From: Pelomyxa schiedti
Taxonomy: Eukaryota; Protista; Evosea
DNA: 64,000 nt
Direction of reading: 5' to 3'
Assembly (NCBI GenBank): GCA_020536535.1
Contig: JAHLWZ010000734.1
Coordinates: 1 to 64,000 of the forward strand
Shown: piece after piece, positions 26,518 to 39,700 of the stretch
How the letters are laid out: each line of letters opens with the position of its first letter
Numbering within the stretch: the first letter of the stretch is position 1
Made by a program: the position numbers and the translations under genes
Notes under the pieces: model-generated
The model's input: the letters and a program-made list of their open reading frames with translations, nothing else
The model's database searches: none
What the model was told of the DNA's origin: nothing

Positions 26518-27747
26518 ATGGACTTTGATTTTCTAGACGGGCCGGCGTCGTCGTTTGTGCCTATGTGCGAAGGTGGTTCCACTTTTGATCTCCCGGTTGA
26601 GGAAACGGTGACCCTTCCCCCCCCCCTCTCTTTTCTATGTCCCCTTTGTTATACTCTAATGGTGATGTCATATGACTGCTTTGTTGGTGAGGCAGTTTTC
26701 ATTTTTTTTTAGCATGGTGTTTGTTTTGACTCCCAGCGGTTTATTTTCTTACTTTTTGCTATTGGCAGCCTGGAGAGTTTCTTAGGAGCTGTGGGAAAGA
26801 TTCGCCACTTGCATCAATGAAGCACGGTACAACTACTTTGGGGTTCATATTTCAGGGTGGCGTTGTCATAGCTGTGGATTCTAGGTCCACACAAGGAAGC
26901 TACATATGTATGTGAGCAGAGTACAGCTTACATTTTCGTAACTTGTGGAAGCCTCCGGAACTGTGAAGAAGGTGATTGAGATTAATCCTTTCCTTCTTGG
27001 TACCATGGCTGGAGGTGCTGCTGATTGTGCCTTCTGGGAACGAGAGCTTGGCAGACAATGCAGGTTAATCACTGCTTTGTGAAATAAAGAGTGTAACCAC
27101 ACCCGAAGACTGTATGAACTACAAAACAAACAAAGAATATCAGTTGCTGCGGCATCCAAGATACTTTCTAACATTCTTTACTATTACCGTGGATATGGAC
27201 TTTCTGTGGTATTTGCTTTTTCCAAAAGTAAAGTCAATACCAAACAATTTTCACCAGGGAACGATGATTGCTGGTTGGGATAAGAAGGTTACAAGAATTG
27301 GCAAGCTACAAAAGTAACAATTTTAGGGACCAGGACTCTATTACGTTGATGATGATGGAACACGGTTATCTGGCCACTTATTCAGTGTGGGATCTGGATC
27401 AATGTAGTATCAAAGGGGTTCTTTTACTTTGCTTAAAAAGTCTTGCAGGCACGCATATGGTGTATTAGACTCCGGGTGGAGATATGACCTCTCTGAAGAA
27501 GATGCCCTTGAACTTGGTCGACGTGCAATTTACCACGCCACACATAGGGATGCCTACACTGGTGGCATCGTCAACGGTATTTTGTGTCTTCATAACTTCA
27601 AATTTCTCAACTACTTCAGTGTACCTTGTCAAGCCAGAAGGCTGGAGGAAAGTCTCCTCCGAGGATTGTTGTGATTTGCACTACCGCCTCTATAAGGGTC
27701 TTACCACAACGGTTACACTTAAGGGTCATGAAGTGATTATGGAATAA
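26518..27747 (+). CDS. PSMB5: 20S proteasome subunit beta-5, multi-exon
   Basis: Propeptide, then KHG|[21 protein letters not shown]; [15 protein letters not shown]; ISVAAASK; FSVGSGS; [14 protein letters not shown]. Confidence 0.97.
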
Positions 27748-27812
27748 AGAGATTTTGGATTTGTGCACAAACAATGCTAAAGAAAATTGAATATCCAATA
27801 TATTCAATGATT

Positions 27813-28656
27813 TTAGTACAGAGGGTTCTTCCGCCATTCACGTAGGAATTCAGCCATTTTCTTGTCCTGCACATAAGCTAGCACAGACTTTCCTTCAGAA
27901 GTGTAGGTGTCCAATGAAGCGCCATAGGATAGTAGTAGCTGGACAGTTTCTATAGACCCAGACCGCACTGCAATGTGAATTGGTGTCTCCCCCCGCTTGT
28001 TACCAGCATTAGCAATGGCACTTCTAGTCATTTTTGAAGAAAGGTATCTGTGCAAAATGGACATAGTAAATTTGCATGTACGCAACATGAAAAAAAAAAA
28101 AAAATAGAAAAATTTCAAACCTCAAAACGGGTGCCCTACCAGCCCCAGCGGCAGCAAAAATCAAATCGTAGTACTCTCCATCCTCTCCGATTTGAGAAAA
28201 AGTAGCAGTGACGTCACCAGCCTGCAGATCCTGCCCCACCCGTGGGTCACTGTACGTCGTCCCTCCCGAGATATAAGGCTCTCCCTGCGGCCTACGCTCG
28301 CGCTCACGCGACTCCAGCAGCTCGGACAGCTTGGCCACGCAGCCCAGCCTCGCCAGGCTTATGGGATCGTCGCCGCGTGCCAGCGGGCACAGCACGGCCG
28401 GGGGCTGCAGCGAGCCCACGACCCAGGCGCCCACGACGGCGGCGAGGCACAGCGCGACGCAGACGGAGAGGCTGCGGCGGGGGCCGGAGACGGCGGCGGG
28501 GGGCCCGCGCGCCACGAACTCGCTCACGAGGGTGCGGCCGTTGGAGGCGGCGGCGGCGGGCGCGGCGCGCTTGTCGCGGAACTGGCGGTAGGCTATGTCT
28601 TGCATCGCCTGTTGGGTGAGGCGGGCCCCTTCGGCGTCAAACTGCTCCGCGGTCAT
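27813..28656 (-). CDS. Ankyrin-repeat protein with one transmembrane segment
   Basis: Hydrophobic SVCVALCLAAVVGAWVVG; ankyrin repeat GETPIHIAVRSGSIETVQLLLSYGASLD. Confidence 0.75.
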
Positions 28657-29127
28657 CTGCTCGAGACATCTGTGTGCGTAAAAACACAAAGTTATCGTTT
28701 TGTGTCTAGCAGTTGGCCCACGGTCCCCGGCAAACTACACACAATAATAATCGCACCTCGGCGCGTCTTCCTCCTCTTGCATGCTAAAGCCTTTGTTGTT
28801 TCCAATCAATCAATTGACTTTTATTAGAAATGCAAGTACAATCAATCTGGATTGGGGTTCAAGAAGGCATACTAACCCTGAGTCCCCCGAGACCCTGCAA
28901 CTGAGGTTCTCAGTCCTGCTCCTGGTCTCAGGACGCCTTTATTTTGCTGACCTGAGATAATTATTACACGGGTTCCCTGCAGAACTGTTTTTTTATTAAC
29001 TGCAGTGATACTATTTATTGGGGACACACAACAACAAACACAAGATAAAACAAAGAGGAGATCCACAAGCAAGTAAGGCCAAACAAACAGTGGTACTAGG
29101 ACACTGATCTAACCACTAGGACCAACA

Positions 29128-29621
29128 ATGTCGAAGAAAGTACCTGTAGGGGACATGGGGGAGAAACAAAATAAGATGGACTTACTCAATTCATTGAAAG
29201 ATACAGTACGTGCTTACCGTGTGTACTGTGACTTACATACGTCGAACAGGCATCAGCCCTCGGAATCTCTGAAGGAAAGTATGTATCGGAAGGAATAGAT
29301 CGTCGCACCGCTGCTTTGGCGTATCGTGTTGTATGGCTTCAAAACCACTTCGATCCTTAACCATGATTTCTGATACAGAACAAGAAACTCGCAACGGGTG
29401 TGCAGCCGCGAGTCGTCATGGTTGGTCCAGAGACTTCGTTGCCAATCCAGAGCAAGAGCCGCGGTGCGAAGCAGGTGTACGAAGGGGACTTTGACAGCGA
29501 GACCTACACAACCAGGACCCGGTCGCAGGCACCATCCTCCTTCAACACCAATGAGCCCAACAACAACAACAAGGCGCCCGTCAGGACCCCTCGCAAACCT
29601 CCACGCAAGAACAGCCAGTAG
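29128..29621 (+). CDS. Short hypothetical protein (tentative, spliced)
   Basis: ATG-initiated MSKKVPVGDMG.. with plausible GT-AG introns leading into the 29400-29621 ORF. No recognisable domain. Confidence 0.25.
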
Positions 29622-30013
29622 TCGCAAACAGGACGAAAATCAATATGATTTTGATTGCCGAGCACTGTGGCACCGCCTCAGTCCCCAGATGGAATGATAG
29701 TGAATGAACAATCGACTACAACATGGTAACGTAGGAGCTAGTTCCTGAAAGCGATATTGTTTCACTGGCTATTTTTCACCAGAGAAGGTTGTCAATAATG
29801 ACAATCCCCAACACTGTGGGTATCAGCTGGGACTACAACTTGTTCGGCTTGGAACTGATGTTTGGATGTGTCATGGTTTTTCAGCTTCAATTTCAGGCAA
29901 TTGGCTGAAATGACCGGAAAATGACCGCGTTCCGGTCTGTTGATTGTTTTATTCAGCCAATTGTTAACAAAACCAAGCCTAAAAAAAAAATAAACACTGT
30001 TCCGCGGCTTTCT

Positions 30014-33000
30014 TCAAATTGCCATTGACAAAGCAAGGGCCAACAAGGCAACAAGTGATGGAACCACGAGTCCATTGGCGCCACTGGTGGAAAACGACGT
30101 GGGCTCAGTGGAGCCGCTTTCTTCAGTGGACCCAGACTCCTCATCGGACTCCTCAGTGGAACCTCCAGATTCAGTCCCAGACTCCTCAGTGGAGCCGCCA
30201 GATTCTGTCCCGGACTCGGCCCCGGATTCATACGATATCTCGGTTGATGTCGTGGATGATCCCCCAGTCGACGTCGTGGATCCTCCCGTGGATGTTGTCG
30301 ATCCCTCTGTCGATGTGGTCGACGACCCGGTAGTCTGTGAGGACTCCGACGATGACGACGAGTGCGACGACTCGGAGGAGCTTCTGGCCACCAGGACGTA
30401 CTTGGCTCCGTCGACGCAGTCGCCGGCGTAGTAGGTCTTATGGGAATCGCACCACGTGCAGTCGGCGGAGCACCCAGAGTCTATTGTTATCAGCGTGTCT
30501 GCCACTGAGACCTTGTATGGCTTGTTGGAAACGAGCTCGTGGTGCGTGCAGCCCAGTGGAAGGAAATAGACGTTCGTCTGGGTATCCAGGACATCGTCGC
30601 ATGTGGAGCCGTCATACTGGTAAACCCAGACTCTAATTCCCAAGTTAAATGTTTGTTTGGTGGGTGGGTTGGTTGGTTGGTTGGTTTGTTGGTTTGTTTT
30701 GACTGTGTGTTTTGGGCAAGGGAAAGAGGAAGAGGAAGAGCTGGGAAATGCATACCCGTCGTAATCTTCAACGGTGGTGGTGCATTCAGTTGTGTTTGAT
30801 ACATCTTCAATTATCTCACACGTTTCCTCTTCACACATCAACTCCCTTGTTGCATATCCCTCCACGAAAAGGGGTGTTGTCTCCCCACAGACATCTGTAT
30901 TACAACACAACTGATCAAAGGATAGAAAAGACCTAAAACAACAACGCACCGTCGTCGAATGCACTGGATAAATGCCAAACTGGAGGGTCGGTGGAAATGG
31001 CACTGCAATCGAGCTTGTAATAGGCGCCCAAGTCACTGGAGTAATAACAGCCATCAGTTTCGGAATAGGGTGCAAGAATGTAGTCACTGGTATAGCAGGC
31101 ATAATGACACTCTTGATTGCAATTGTATTCCTATTGGCGGTATTGTAAGCCGAAAGAACCGAACAAAGGGGCTCAACTGTAAGGTATCCATCAGAGCAGT
31201 CGTAATAGTACGTGTCTTCCATGTCATATGTTGCAAAGCAATCCGCAGGTACTGCGGTCCAATACAGTTGATTTGTACAAGTTGAATCTTCATAGATATT
31301 TATCAGCACTGAACTGTAAACGAAACGGTCAGTTTTTTTCTTTTAAAAAAAAAGGCAATGTGAGAACCTTGTCTCAAATTTATCCGAGGGAGTCACTTCA
31401 GTGCTGGAGCAAATTCCTGAAATGGAGCCATCATTGTCAATGGATTCGAATTCACGGCAATACTTAGTGTACCAGCTGGACACAGACTCAAGTGTTCCCG
31501 GAATAAGACGTGCATACGCTAATAAAATAAGAAAATTATTTAGAAAAAGGTTTGAAACCTGCCCCCAGCCTTTCTTCATGAAGGTAATAAGCAGGGTTGG
31601 TATTGCTACAAGAAAGCATATAGTACTCCGAAGACATTCCCAGACTATTCTGGTAGCACCCTGCAACAACAGGGGTGACATCAGGGTCATTACTAACAAC
31701 TGGAGAATATGAGCACGTTATCATGTCACCACATGTGTCACTGCAGCTGTATTTCTTGTTGAACTCTTAGTTTACCAGGTTTACAAGGCCAAAGTGTAAT
31801 ACCACTAAATCATCGGCGTCTGTGCAAGACAAGTAGGTAGAAGAATATGTATCACTGAGGCAGTCATCAGAGTATGCAGTCCAGGAAGTCCAGGCAGAGC
31901 AGTGATCGTCACTGTATGTGTTCACAACCATAGGTCTGCATTTTTTTTCCTCAGTAAAGTAAAAACTGAGTAGTTATTTGGCGCACAAAGTGGTGACATC
32001 AGAGGGAACAGGCTGTGTGGCGTAGCATTCCTGTTCTTTAGTATGTGTATTCACGTCCACGAAAAGTGGTTCAGTCCTACAAAAATCGGAAAGTTCGCAT
32101 TGGACAGTTTGGAGATCTGCAGCGATGAGAGAGGATACGGTATGTTCCAGTCGAACCTGCATCCGGAGGGTAATCCGAGCTCACAAGCCAACCAGAAGTT
32201 CCACAAGACAAGATGCCATACTGATAGTACTCGTAACTGTAAGAGCAACCATATTCCTGGGTGGAAGAGGACAAAATATTTTGACTGAAAAGGCAACTGT
32301 CCGAACAAGAATCTGTGTTGCAAGAGACAAGCTAATAAACCATTAGTGTCTCACCAGGCAACGATGGGACAAACTGAGAGTTGATTGTCTGCGCAATGGA
32401 AAAAGTCGGACCAACTAAACGAGGGCACACAATCTCCATTGTAAACTACAAACCCGGTTTCACTTGTGCCAGTGCATTCATAATCAGAGCCGTAGAGTGT
32501 CAACGTAATGGAGCTTTTAAAAAGTGAGAAGAATAGATTTAAAGGCACCCTACGTGGCAAAGAAAGTTTTCTTGTCAGGATAGGTTGTTGGACACTCTGT
32601 GGTGGTGAAGAACGTAGAGACTGGATCGTATGAGCAGGTCGCATCCGCTATACAGTACGTAGACCACTCCACATGAACACTGATAAGTGAAGCAGCATCA
32701 CAAGAACCTTACAAAATGAGGATGGACAACTGGAACTGACAACATACACCAAAAAAAAAAAAAAGCAAATGGAAATAGAAATAGAAATGCCAAAAAGAAA
32801 GAAAAGAAAGCAACCTATGTAGCTCTTGACAGTCTTCCAAGCAGGGTAAGTCGACGACGACTCTGAGTCTGATGACGACCCGGAGGAGGAGCTCAGCCAG
32901 GACGACGACACCGAGGATGAGAGCGACGAGGAGAGGGACGAAGAGAGGGACGACGAGAGCGAGGACGACAGGGAGGAGGAGAGCGAAGACGACAGGGAGG

Positions 33001-33223
33001 ACGACAAGGAGGACGAGAGGGACGACGAGAGGGACGACGAGGCGGACGACGAGAGCGAGGAGGACAGGGACATGGAGGAGGACGTGGACGACGACTCGGA
33101 GGAGCTGTAGGACGAGGACGCAGAGGAAGACAGCGACGACGATTCCTGCCCTACCGAGGGCCCGAGGAGGAGGGAGAGAACGAGGCCGAGAACAACAACA
33201 ACGGCTGCCGTTGTTCGCATCAT
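30014..33223 (-). CDS. Cys-rich surface protein A: signal peptide, (SSSL)n tract, repeated Cys modules, Ser/Thr/Glu stalk, GPI-anchor signal; multi-exon
   Basis: N-terminus MMRTTAAVVVVLGLVLSLLLGPSVG; repeated Y..D..C modules; C-terminus STSGANGLVVPSLVALLALALSMAI*, typical of a GPI signal. Confidence 0.8.
32870..33140 (-). repeat. Coding low-complexity repeat (SSSL)n
   Basis: Degenerate 12-bp period encoding roughly ten SSSL units within a poly-Ser tract. Confidence 0.85.
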
Positions 33224-33529
33224 CAAATCGCTTGGTTTTTGTTTCGGTTTGTTTTTTATTTTTTAATTTTTTGTTTGTTTGTTTGTGTTTTCTCTGTGTG
33301 GTGTGGAAACAGATTGACTGATTTTTTTGTTGATCCGTTAACGCGTTCTTTTTGCACCAGATGTGCTTTTCCCTTACTGTGAGGTGAACGCAGACGTAGT
33401 CAACCGAAAGACAAAATTATTTCATACTTAAAAAAAAAAAAAAAAAACAGAAAAAACAAACAAAACAAACCGAAACAAAAACCAAGCGATTTGATGATGC
33501 GAACAACGGCAGCCGTTGTTGTTGTTCTC
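33188..33529. repeat. Perfect 68-bp inverted repeat (33188-33255 / 33462-33529) around a 206-bp spacer
   Basis: Both arms read aaaacaaaccgaaacaaaaaccaagcgatttgATGatgcgaacaacggcagccgttgttgttgttctc. The match extends to 74 bp with one mismatch. Confidence 0.95.
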
Positions 33530-36500
33530 TGCCTCCTCGGCGTCTCCTTGGGCCAGTCGTCGTCCTCCTCCTCCATCATCCTCGACTCGCCGTCCGGCGG
33601 CGACGTGTCCTCCGCCGAGTCCTCCGGCGGCGCCTCCTCCACAACGAGCACCGGCTCGTCTACGACCGGCTCGGTCACGTCCAGCGCTGGCTCAGTAACG
33701 TCGTCCGGCGGCGACGTGTCCTCCGCCGCGTCCTCCGGCGGCGCCTCCTCCGCGACGAGCACCGCCTCGTCGACGGCCGGCTCGGTCACGTCCAGCGGCG
33801 CCGGCGGCTCTTCCGGCGCCGAGTCTCCCAGTAGCCCCGCCGGCTCGTCGATGACGGGATCGTCCCCTGCCGGGTCTGGTTCTGCCATGTACCAAATCAC
33901 TCACCACTATGCCAAGCAGGGCTACGGTGATGGTATGTGCTTCCCCGCGTTTTTTTTCTTTTTTTCCTTTTCCTTTTTTTTCTTCTTCTTTTGCTCTTTC
34001 TCTTTCTTTTTCTTCGATTTATACTTCTGTCCTACTGAGAATATTAAATAACGTATTTCGGCTTATGGTGGTAACTTTTGAAAAGAGACTTGCATCTCGG
34101 ATGATTATCGTCTGTGGGTTGAGGTATAGGCCGTTGTTGGCCTTGGCATTCTATTTCTTCTTCGTCCTGATTGTTGTTCTGTTGCGCAGGTTGCTTATGT
34201 TACTGAGTGCTCCCCTGAGCCTTGTGCCTCTGATATGATGGACTATAATAACAACATACTAGTTGAATGCCAAACTGACGAACCTTTTCAAACGTGGTTT
34301 ACTAAGTAATTTCCCTCCCAAATATGTCATATGAATGGACTAACTGTGCGCAGTCCATACACTGTAGTGAAGTACGGTGACGATGATACTTGCAAGACTG
34401 TTGTCTCTACAGTTTACTATAATCCCTCTTGCTGGAAGAGCCCCTCTTATAACTCATACTTCTATCACTGCGACGCCACAGGTCTATGGGTGTGTCTCTG
34501 CCCCAAACAGTAAATAGTAACCACATAAACAGGAACAACAGTGCCAATATGCTTGGGATGAAATTACCTGCGACTCCTGTGACTACACCAGTTATGGAAC
34601 AGGTCTCATCACAGGGGAAGCCTCTACCTGCATGTTCAGTGGTGAAGAGCTCATTTATTTCTCTGTGGACTGCGGTTCAACAGGCTGGGATGTGTTGGAG
34701 GTATTTGCTGATTCGGAGTACACAGGTTACCTATATTTTGAGAGTAATGATGAACCTCACGTACTTCGTAGATGCCTCTCCTGTCGCCGTCAAGACATCC
34801 CCCAGTGAAAACTGCCATGACGAGCCCGCCCCCTTTTATGACTCCTCTGAAACGTACACGTGGTACCTGTGCTTTGACAGTGCGCCAGAGGGTGAAGATT
34901 TTTATGCAAAGTGAGTGGAAAATTGCTGCCCTGTTTGCGTTTTTGTTCTAACTCCCTGGATTAGCCCCATCTCTCTTACGATGTTTGCTGAAAATACTTG
35001 TGAAACTCAGACCGATTCCTACTTCTTTGACTCCAATTGCAACAGTATTTCGGGAGGATCCACATTCTGGCAGTGTTCTGCTGATGTTCTAACTGTACCT
35101 GCCCACCTACTATCAAAAATCAGCCTTACTTGAGGCCAGGAAAAAACCTGTTCCTCCGAAAATTGCGTACCCGCATTCTGGTGCGCTGAAGAGGGCAACA
35201 TGGTTGAGAATGATCCCACTATGGGAGTGAACGATGGTTGCTACTACACCGACTCCTATAACAGCTGGTACCAACTTGTATGTGGCCCATCAACTCCTGC
35301 CTACCAGGTTACAGTGTCCCGCATGAATTCCAGTACGCTTTCCGCCTTCATTAAGGCACCAAACTCACTACTACAACTCAAGACTATCCCTTCATGCCCG
35401 GAGACTTGATCTCGGTTTCCTGGGTGCACACTGACTTCTGCACCGAGGACTACAACAAGGACTGGGACACCGTGACATATGTGACTTGCCAGGACACAGA
35501 ACCAACTGTTGCTGATTTCTTCAATGGATACGAGTACGGCACATTCATTTCCCTTATGGCTGCCTCTTAATAAGCTCGCAGTCCTCTTGCTATAACCTAT
35601 TGGGGCGATTCTTCGTGCTCCGACGACACTCAGACAATGATCGAGCTGAGGAGTCCTTATTGTGTGATTCCACCAAAGAACTTTGACTCTATTGATACAC
35701 TCTTCTACTCTTGTACTAATGGAAGGGTCGATGTAGGTCACCAATGCTCTTCTCCCATTCATTTGTTTTGTTAATTCTTGGTTCTTTGCCGCAGGAAAAC
35801 GACTGTGAGACCGATTGCGTTGATGATTGCAAGTCATCAACCGTGCTTATGGGAACAACCGTCGATAGCGTGTGCTGGACAACTTATGACATGTCCAAAT
35901 ACTATACAGTTGACTGCGGTGACGCTGTTGAAGCTACAACAGCAAATGGCTTCTGGCAAGTAAGGAGTGCACACACTGACACTGGTATTTGAGCAGTTCT
36001 CCTGGTTTATGTTAACGTTTTGTGGCAGAATGCAGCACTACTCCTATATTCCAGGAAGCATTCCTGACAACTGAAACAACCTGTGTAGCTGTGGATTGCG
36101 AAGCATCACTTTGGGATTCATACAACAAAACCAGCTGCGTTGCCGCCGCCAGTTTCGTCCAACAACCTGGGTTTGTTCCCGTTACCTTCTTCCAGGCTCT
36201 TATCATAGCGCCCCTAAAATTGCAGGTTGTGGATGTACGAGTACGATGACGAAACTTGCCTGGATACATCACTTTTCCACATGACTTACCTCTCCGGAGC
36301 ATGCACAACATACCAGCAAGTTTCCGGCGACGATTTCTGGCTGGTTGTTGATGGCGGCACAACAGTCTCTGTCAAGTTTGATTGTAACGATGATTGCACG
36401 TGGTGCGGAGGTTCCAGATCGTACTCGCTGGACGCATGCACACCCTACACCGACGACTCTAAATACACAACAACGAGCATCAAGTATAAGCTGGTATGTG

Positions 36501-36586
36501 TACCTCTCAGATCTGAGTCTTTCTTTCTTTGTGACACCCCACCGCGTAGGTCGCCTGAGATCTCTCGTGTCGTCTCTGCTCTATGA
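33494..36586 (+). CDS. Cys-rich surface/secreted protein B, paralogue of protein A with no evident GPI signal; multi-exon (may end at 36558 if the last intron is spliced)
   Basis: Same N-terminus MMRTTAAVVVVL; Ser/Gly tract; Cys modules. Last module WMYEYDDETC..DCTWCGGSRSYSLDAC parallels WVYQYDGSTC..DCTWCDSHKTYYAGDC of gene A. Confidence 0.8.
33593..33800 (+). repeat. 111-bp (37-aa) imperfect tandem duplication in the Ser/Gly tract
   Basis: SGGDVSSA(E/A)SSGGASS(T/A)TST(G/A)SST(T/A)GSVTSS begins at both 33593 and 33704. Confidence 0.85.
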
Positions 36587-36723
36587 GCGATTTGTTTGCA
36601 CAAACGGAAAAAAAAGCACCTTTCACTTCTCTTCTTTCGGGTTTTTTTTTTTGTTTCGAGAACGAACAAAGAAGTAGAAACGACATTTTGTTATTTTTTT
36701 TTAAGGTTTTGTGTTTTGGGTTG

Positions 36724-39700
36724 TCAGACGAGGTCCATAACTGGGTTTGTGGACCAGAAGTCGTGTGTGTCCTCCAGATTTAATAATAAGTCCGGAACGG
36801 GGCACGCTAGATCCAGAACTGTTGCAAGAGGTTGGGCCACCAACTTAACAAAGTTCGTCTGTAGTTTGGCCAGTTTTGCAGTTCCGCAAGATCTGTCGGT
36901 GAATGGGCTAGGTGCCACGCCCTGTTCTTGTTCTTGATCTCCTTGTGAGAAAAATTCCATTGTGAGGTTTTTAACCCACTGTTGCATGAGTGTGTGTGGC
37001 CGCATTACCTTTTTTTTTTGGTTTAGTTTGGTGAGCTTTCTTCACACTTATTAATGAGGAGATGGAACATTGGAGATATCTGCTGTTTTGATTGCTATTG
37101 CCAATAACTGTGAGAGGTGTTCTCTGTTGTTTTTAAAATCACGTTTCGGGTTTGCCATCAAGACCTTTTTGGAATTGAGTTTAATGCTTGGATGCTTAAG
37201 CACTACCTTGAATTTGGAGATGATCTCGAAATGTTGCGATACATCAGTAGCTAGGACCAAGTTGATAATCCCTGTTCGTACTTTTTTGCTTGAGTTTAAT
37301 TTAGCCAGTCCACGCATTCTCACCTTGTTTGATTTCTTCTTTTGGCAAGTTCCAGCGGGAGGCGTATTTCGAAAGAAATATTTTTATTGCCAAGCTGGCG
37401 TGGAAGTTTTCCAAGACACTTCTATCTGAGAAGTAGTTTATGTTTGGTTTTCTTCAAATTAGTATGTACTGCTGGTGTGTCACAAATTACCATTGTAACG
37501 CAGGGCTAACTCATTTTCCGTGGCAATGAGAAATGCCTGACTCTGTGAGAGAGGAATCACTAATTGAGTGTTGTACATTGTTGACACCAGGATGCCCAAC
37601 ATCGTGAACAACTCCAGATATTATTAAAATGAAGACATCAAGGTAATTAGTGACTCCAATAACTTCCCACAATCCGTGAATAAGTAGATAATACAAACAT
37701 TGTACAACGTCTGCCGCATGAACTGTATTGTGATAGTCATTTGGCTGAAAGAATATTTAGGTAATTGCCAGAAATTGTTTCACACGCATTCAACCTTATA
37801 CAGGTGCTCGATTTCGTCAATGTATGCCTTAACTTCTTCTGGAGGGATGTTCAATGGGGTTAACACATCCAATTCGTGAAGAACCTTTTGAATGAGGGGT
37901 ATGCATTAGTGAAAAAGGGAACATACCTGCATTGATACATTAACTAGAATTCCCTCAGAAGGGATATCAAATAACTGGACGAGAGTGAATAGAAGCAGAA
38001 AATGATTATGACGAACCGGAAACTGCAGTGATGCCAAGTCCATATCCCCTAATTTTGGCTGGGATGCCTTCATGCTAACTGTAGTTGATGATGGTTGGCT
38101 CTGAGGATTTTTTGGTTCATTAAAGCCACGTGGGGCTATTTCGTCATCCAACCTAAAATATTCATGAGGATGTCAAGCAGAAAAAAGTGATGAATACCAT
38201 TTCTGAATGTCTTTGTCAAAGAGTACTTCTTGGTTTTTAAGGTCGGGCATAAAAAGGGCAGTTGTTTGACTCAAATTAAGAATTATCTCTGCAATGAGCT
38301 TTTTACTCCTTTTGTTACTTTTTTCTCTCAAGTCCTGCAAAGCAGCGATCACCTTATTTCACTGATATCAAACTAGGCATGCAAAGAAAAAAAGAGCAAA
38401 CTTTTGTAATGCCGGAGTCGAGGTCTATTGCTTGTGGCTTGGTGTTTTGTGTACGAGACAATGTTACTGTTGAAAGTGCCCTTTCGGATACATTACTGCC
38501 GCGATTATTTGGCAAGGTAAAGGCTTACGCAATTCCCACAAGAATAAGTCCAATTCCCAAAGTTATTCCAATGGACAGGAGGAGCCGAGCAGAGAGATTT
38601 GCCTTCTCCTCATACGTTCTAGGTGAAAAAATGAGTTTGTGCGTGTAAAGTTGGACAACTACTGTGAAGAAATAGCAATTACTCGAATCCATTTTGTATT
38701 AGCATGCAAATACATTGGAGTCACTGTAATTGATGAAAAGTTCACTTAGAGTGCTTCAACATACCTTCGCTGTTTTTTTTTTAATTAGTAAAATGTCCAA
38801 CAAATATCAGACATACATCTGGTACTGGGTGTTCTTGAATGTGAACGCAAAATAAACAGAGACAGACAGAGAAGTTGTATTGACTCTGTGCTCAATCGCC
38901 CTCATGGAATTCGCAATTTTTGTATCATTGCATTCAGTGGGTTTCTTTGCGCTTGAAAGATTCAGTTTACATTTACATTTTGATGTAGACATACCCAACT
39001 TCTTCGTCAGAAATGTTGGCCGATCCCATAGAACAGACAATGAAACCCGTAGAATCAACAAGGTAAGCAAAACTCTCATCTCGAAATTCAATTGTGGATA
39101 GCATATCTGATAGCTAGAGAGGAATAAATGAATAATAGAGGTAGGAAATGCTACCAAGAGAGTTTTTGCTCCACTACTTACCCAACCAATGGGATAACCG
39201 TAAGGAGAGAAGAGAACCTATTTGTCTTAGTTTTTGTAATCAGTCAGTTCCTAATACCTTCTCTACAAAGATCATGGAACTTGTAGAGTCACTGTAAGGA
39301 GTTAGAGGAGAGTATAATCAGACATCAGTCTTACAAGAATGAAACAAATCCAGGACCTGAGAATACAGTCCCGTCACTTGAATTCAATGGTGGTTCTAGA
39401 AGGTAAGTCCACGATAGATTTCCATCACTTAGAAACACTGGCACGTGATCTTGTGAGGTTGGGGAAATTATTTCCCCTTTCAAGAGTCCGCCGGTTGAGT
39501 TATCTCTGGACATATATAGAAGATTTCCTGTGCCGTCTTCAAATGGAAATATCAGGCTCAACATCTTGAGTATGTTGGGGAGTTGCTAATGAGTTGTAAG
39601 TGCATACAATGTCAGTTTCAGAAACCAAGCGAGTTCCAATGTATGGATCAAAAGTTTCTGGGTGGAGTGGGATGGCAATAATGGAAGCGTGGTTTTTGCC

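Noticed and set aside
28192-28827. Long + strand ORFs here, and similar ones at 3448-3798, 30019-30636, 32872-33321 and 33400-33900
   Set aside because: These are antisense shadows of GC-rich or low-complexity exons of genes on the opposite strand.
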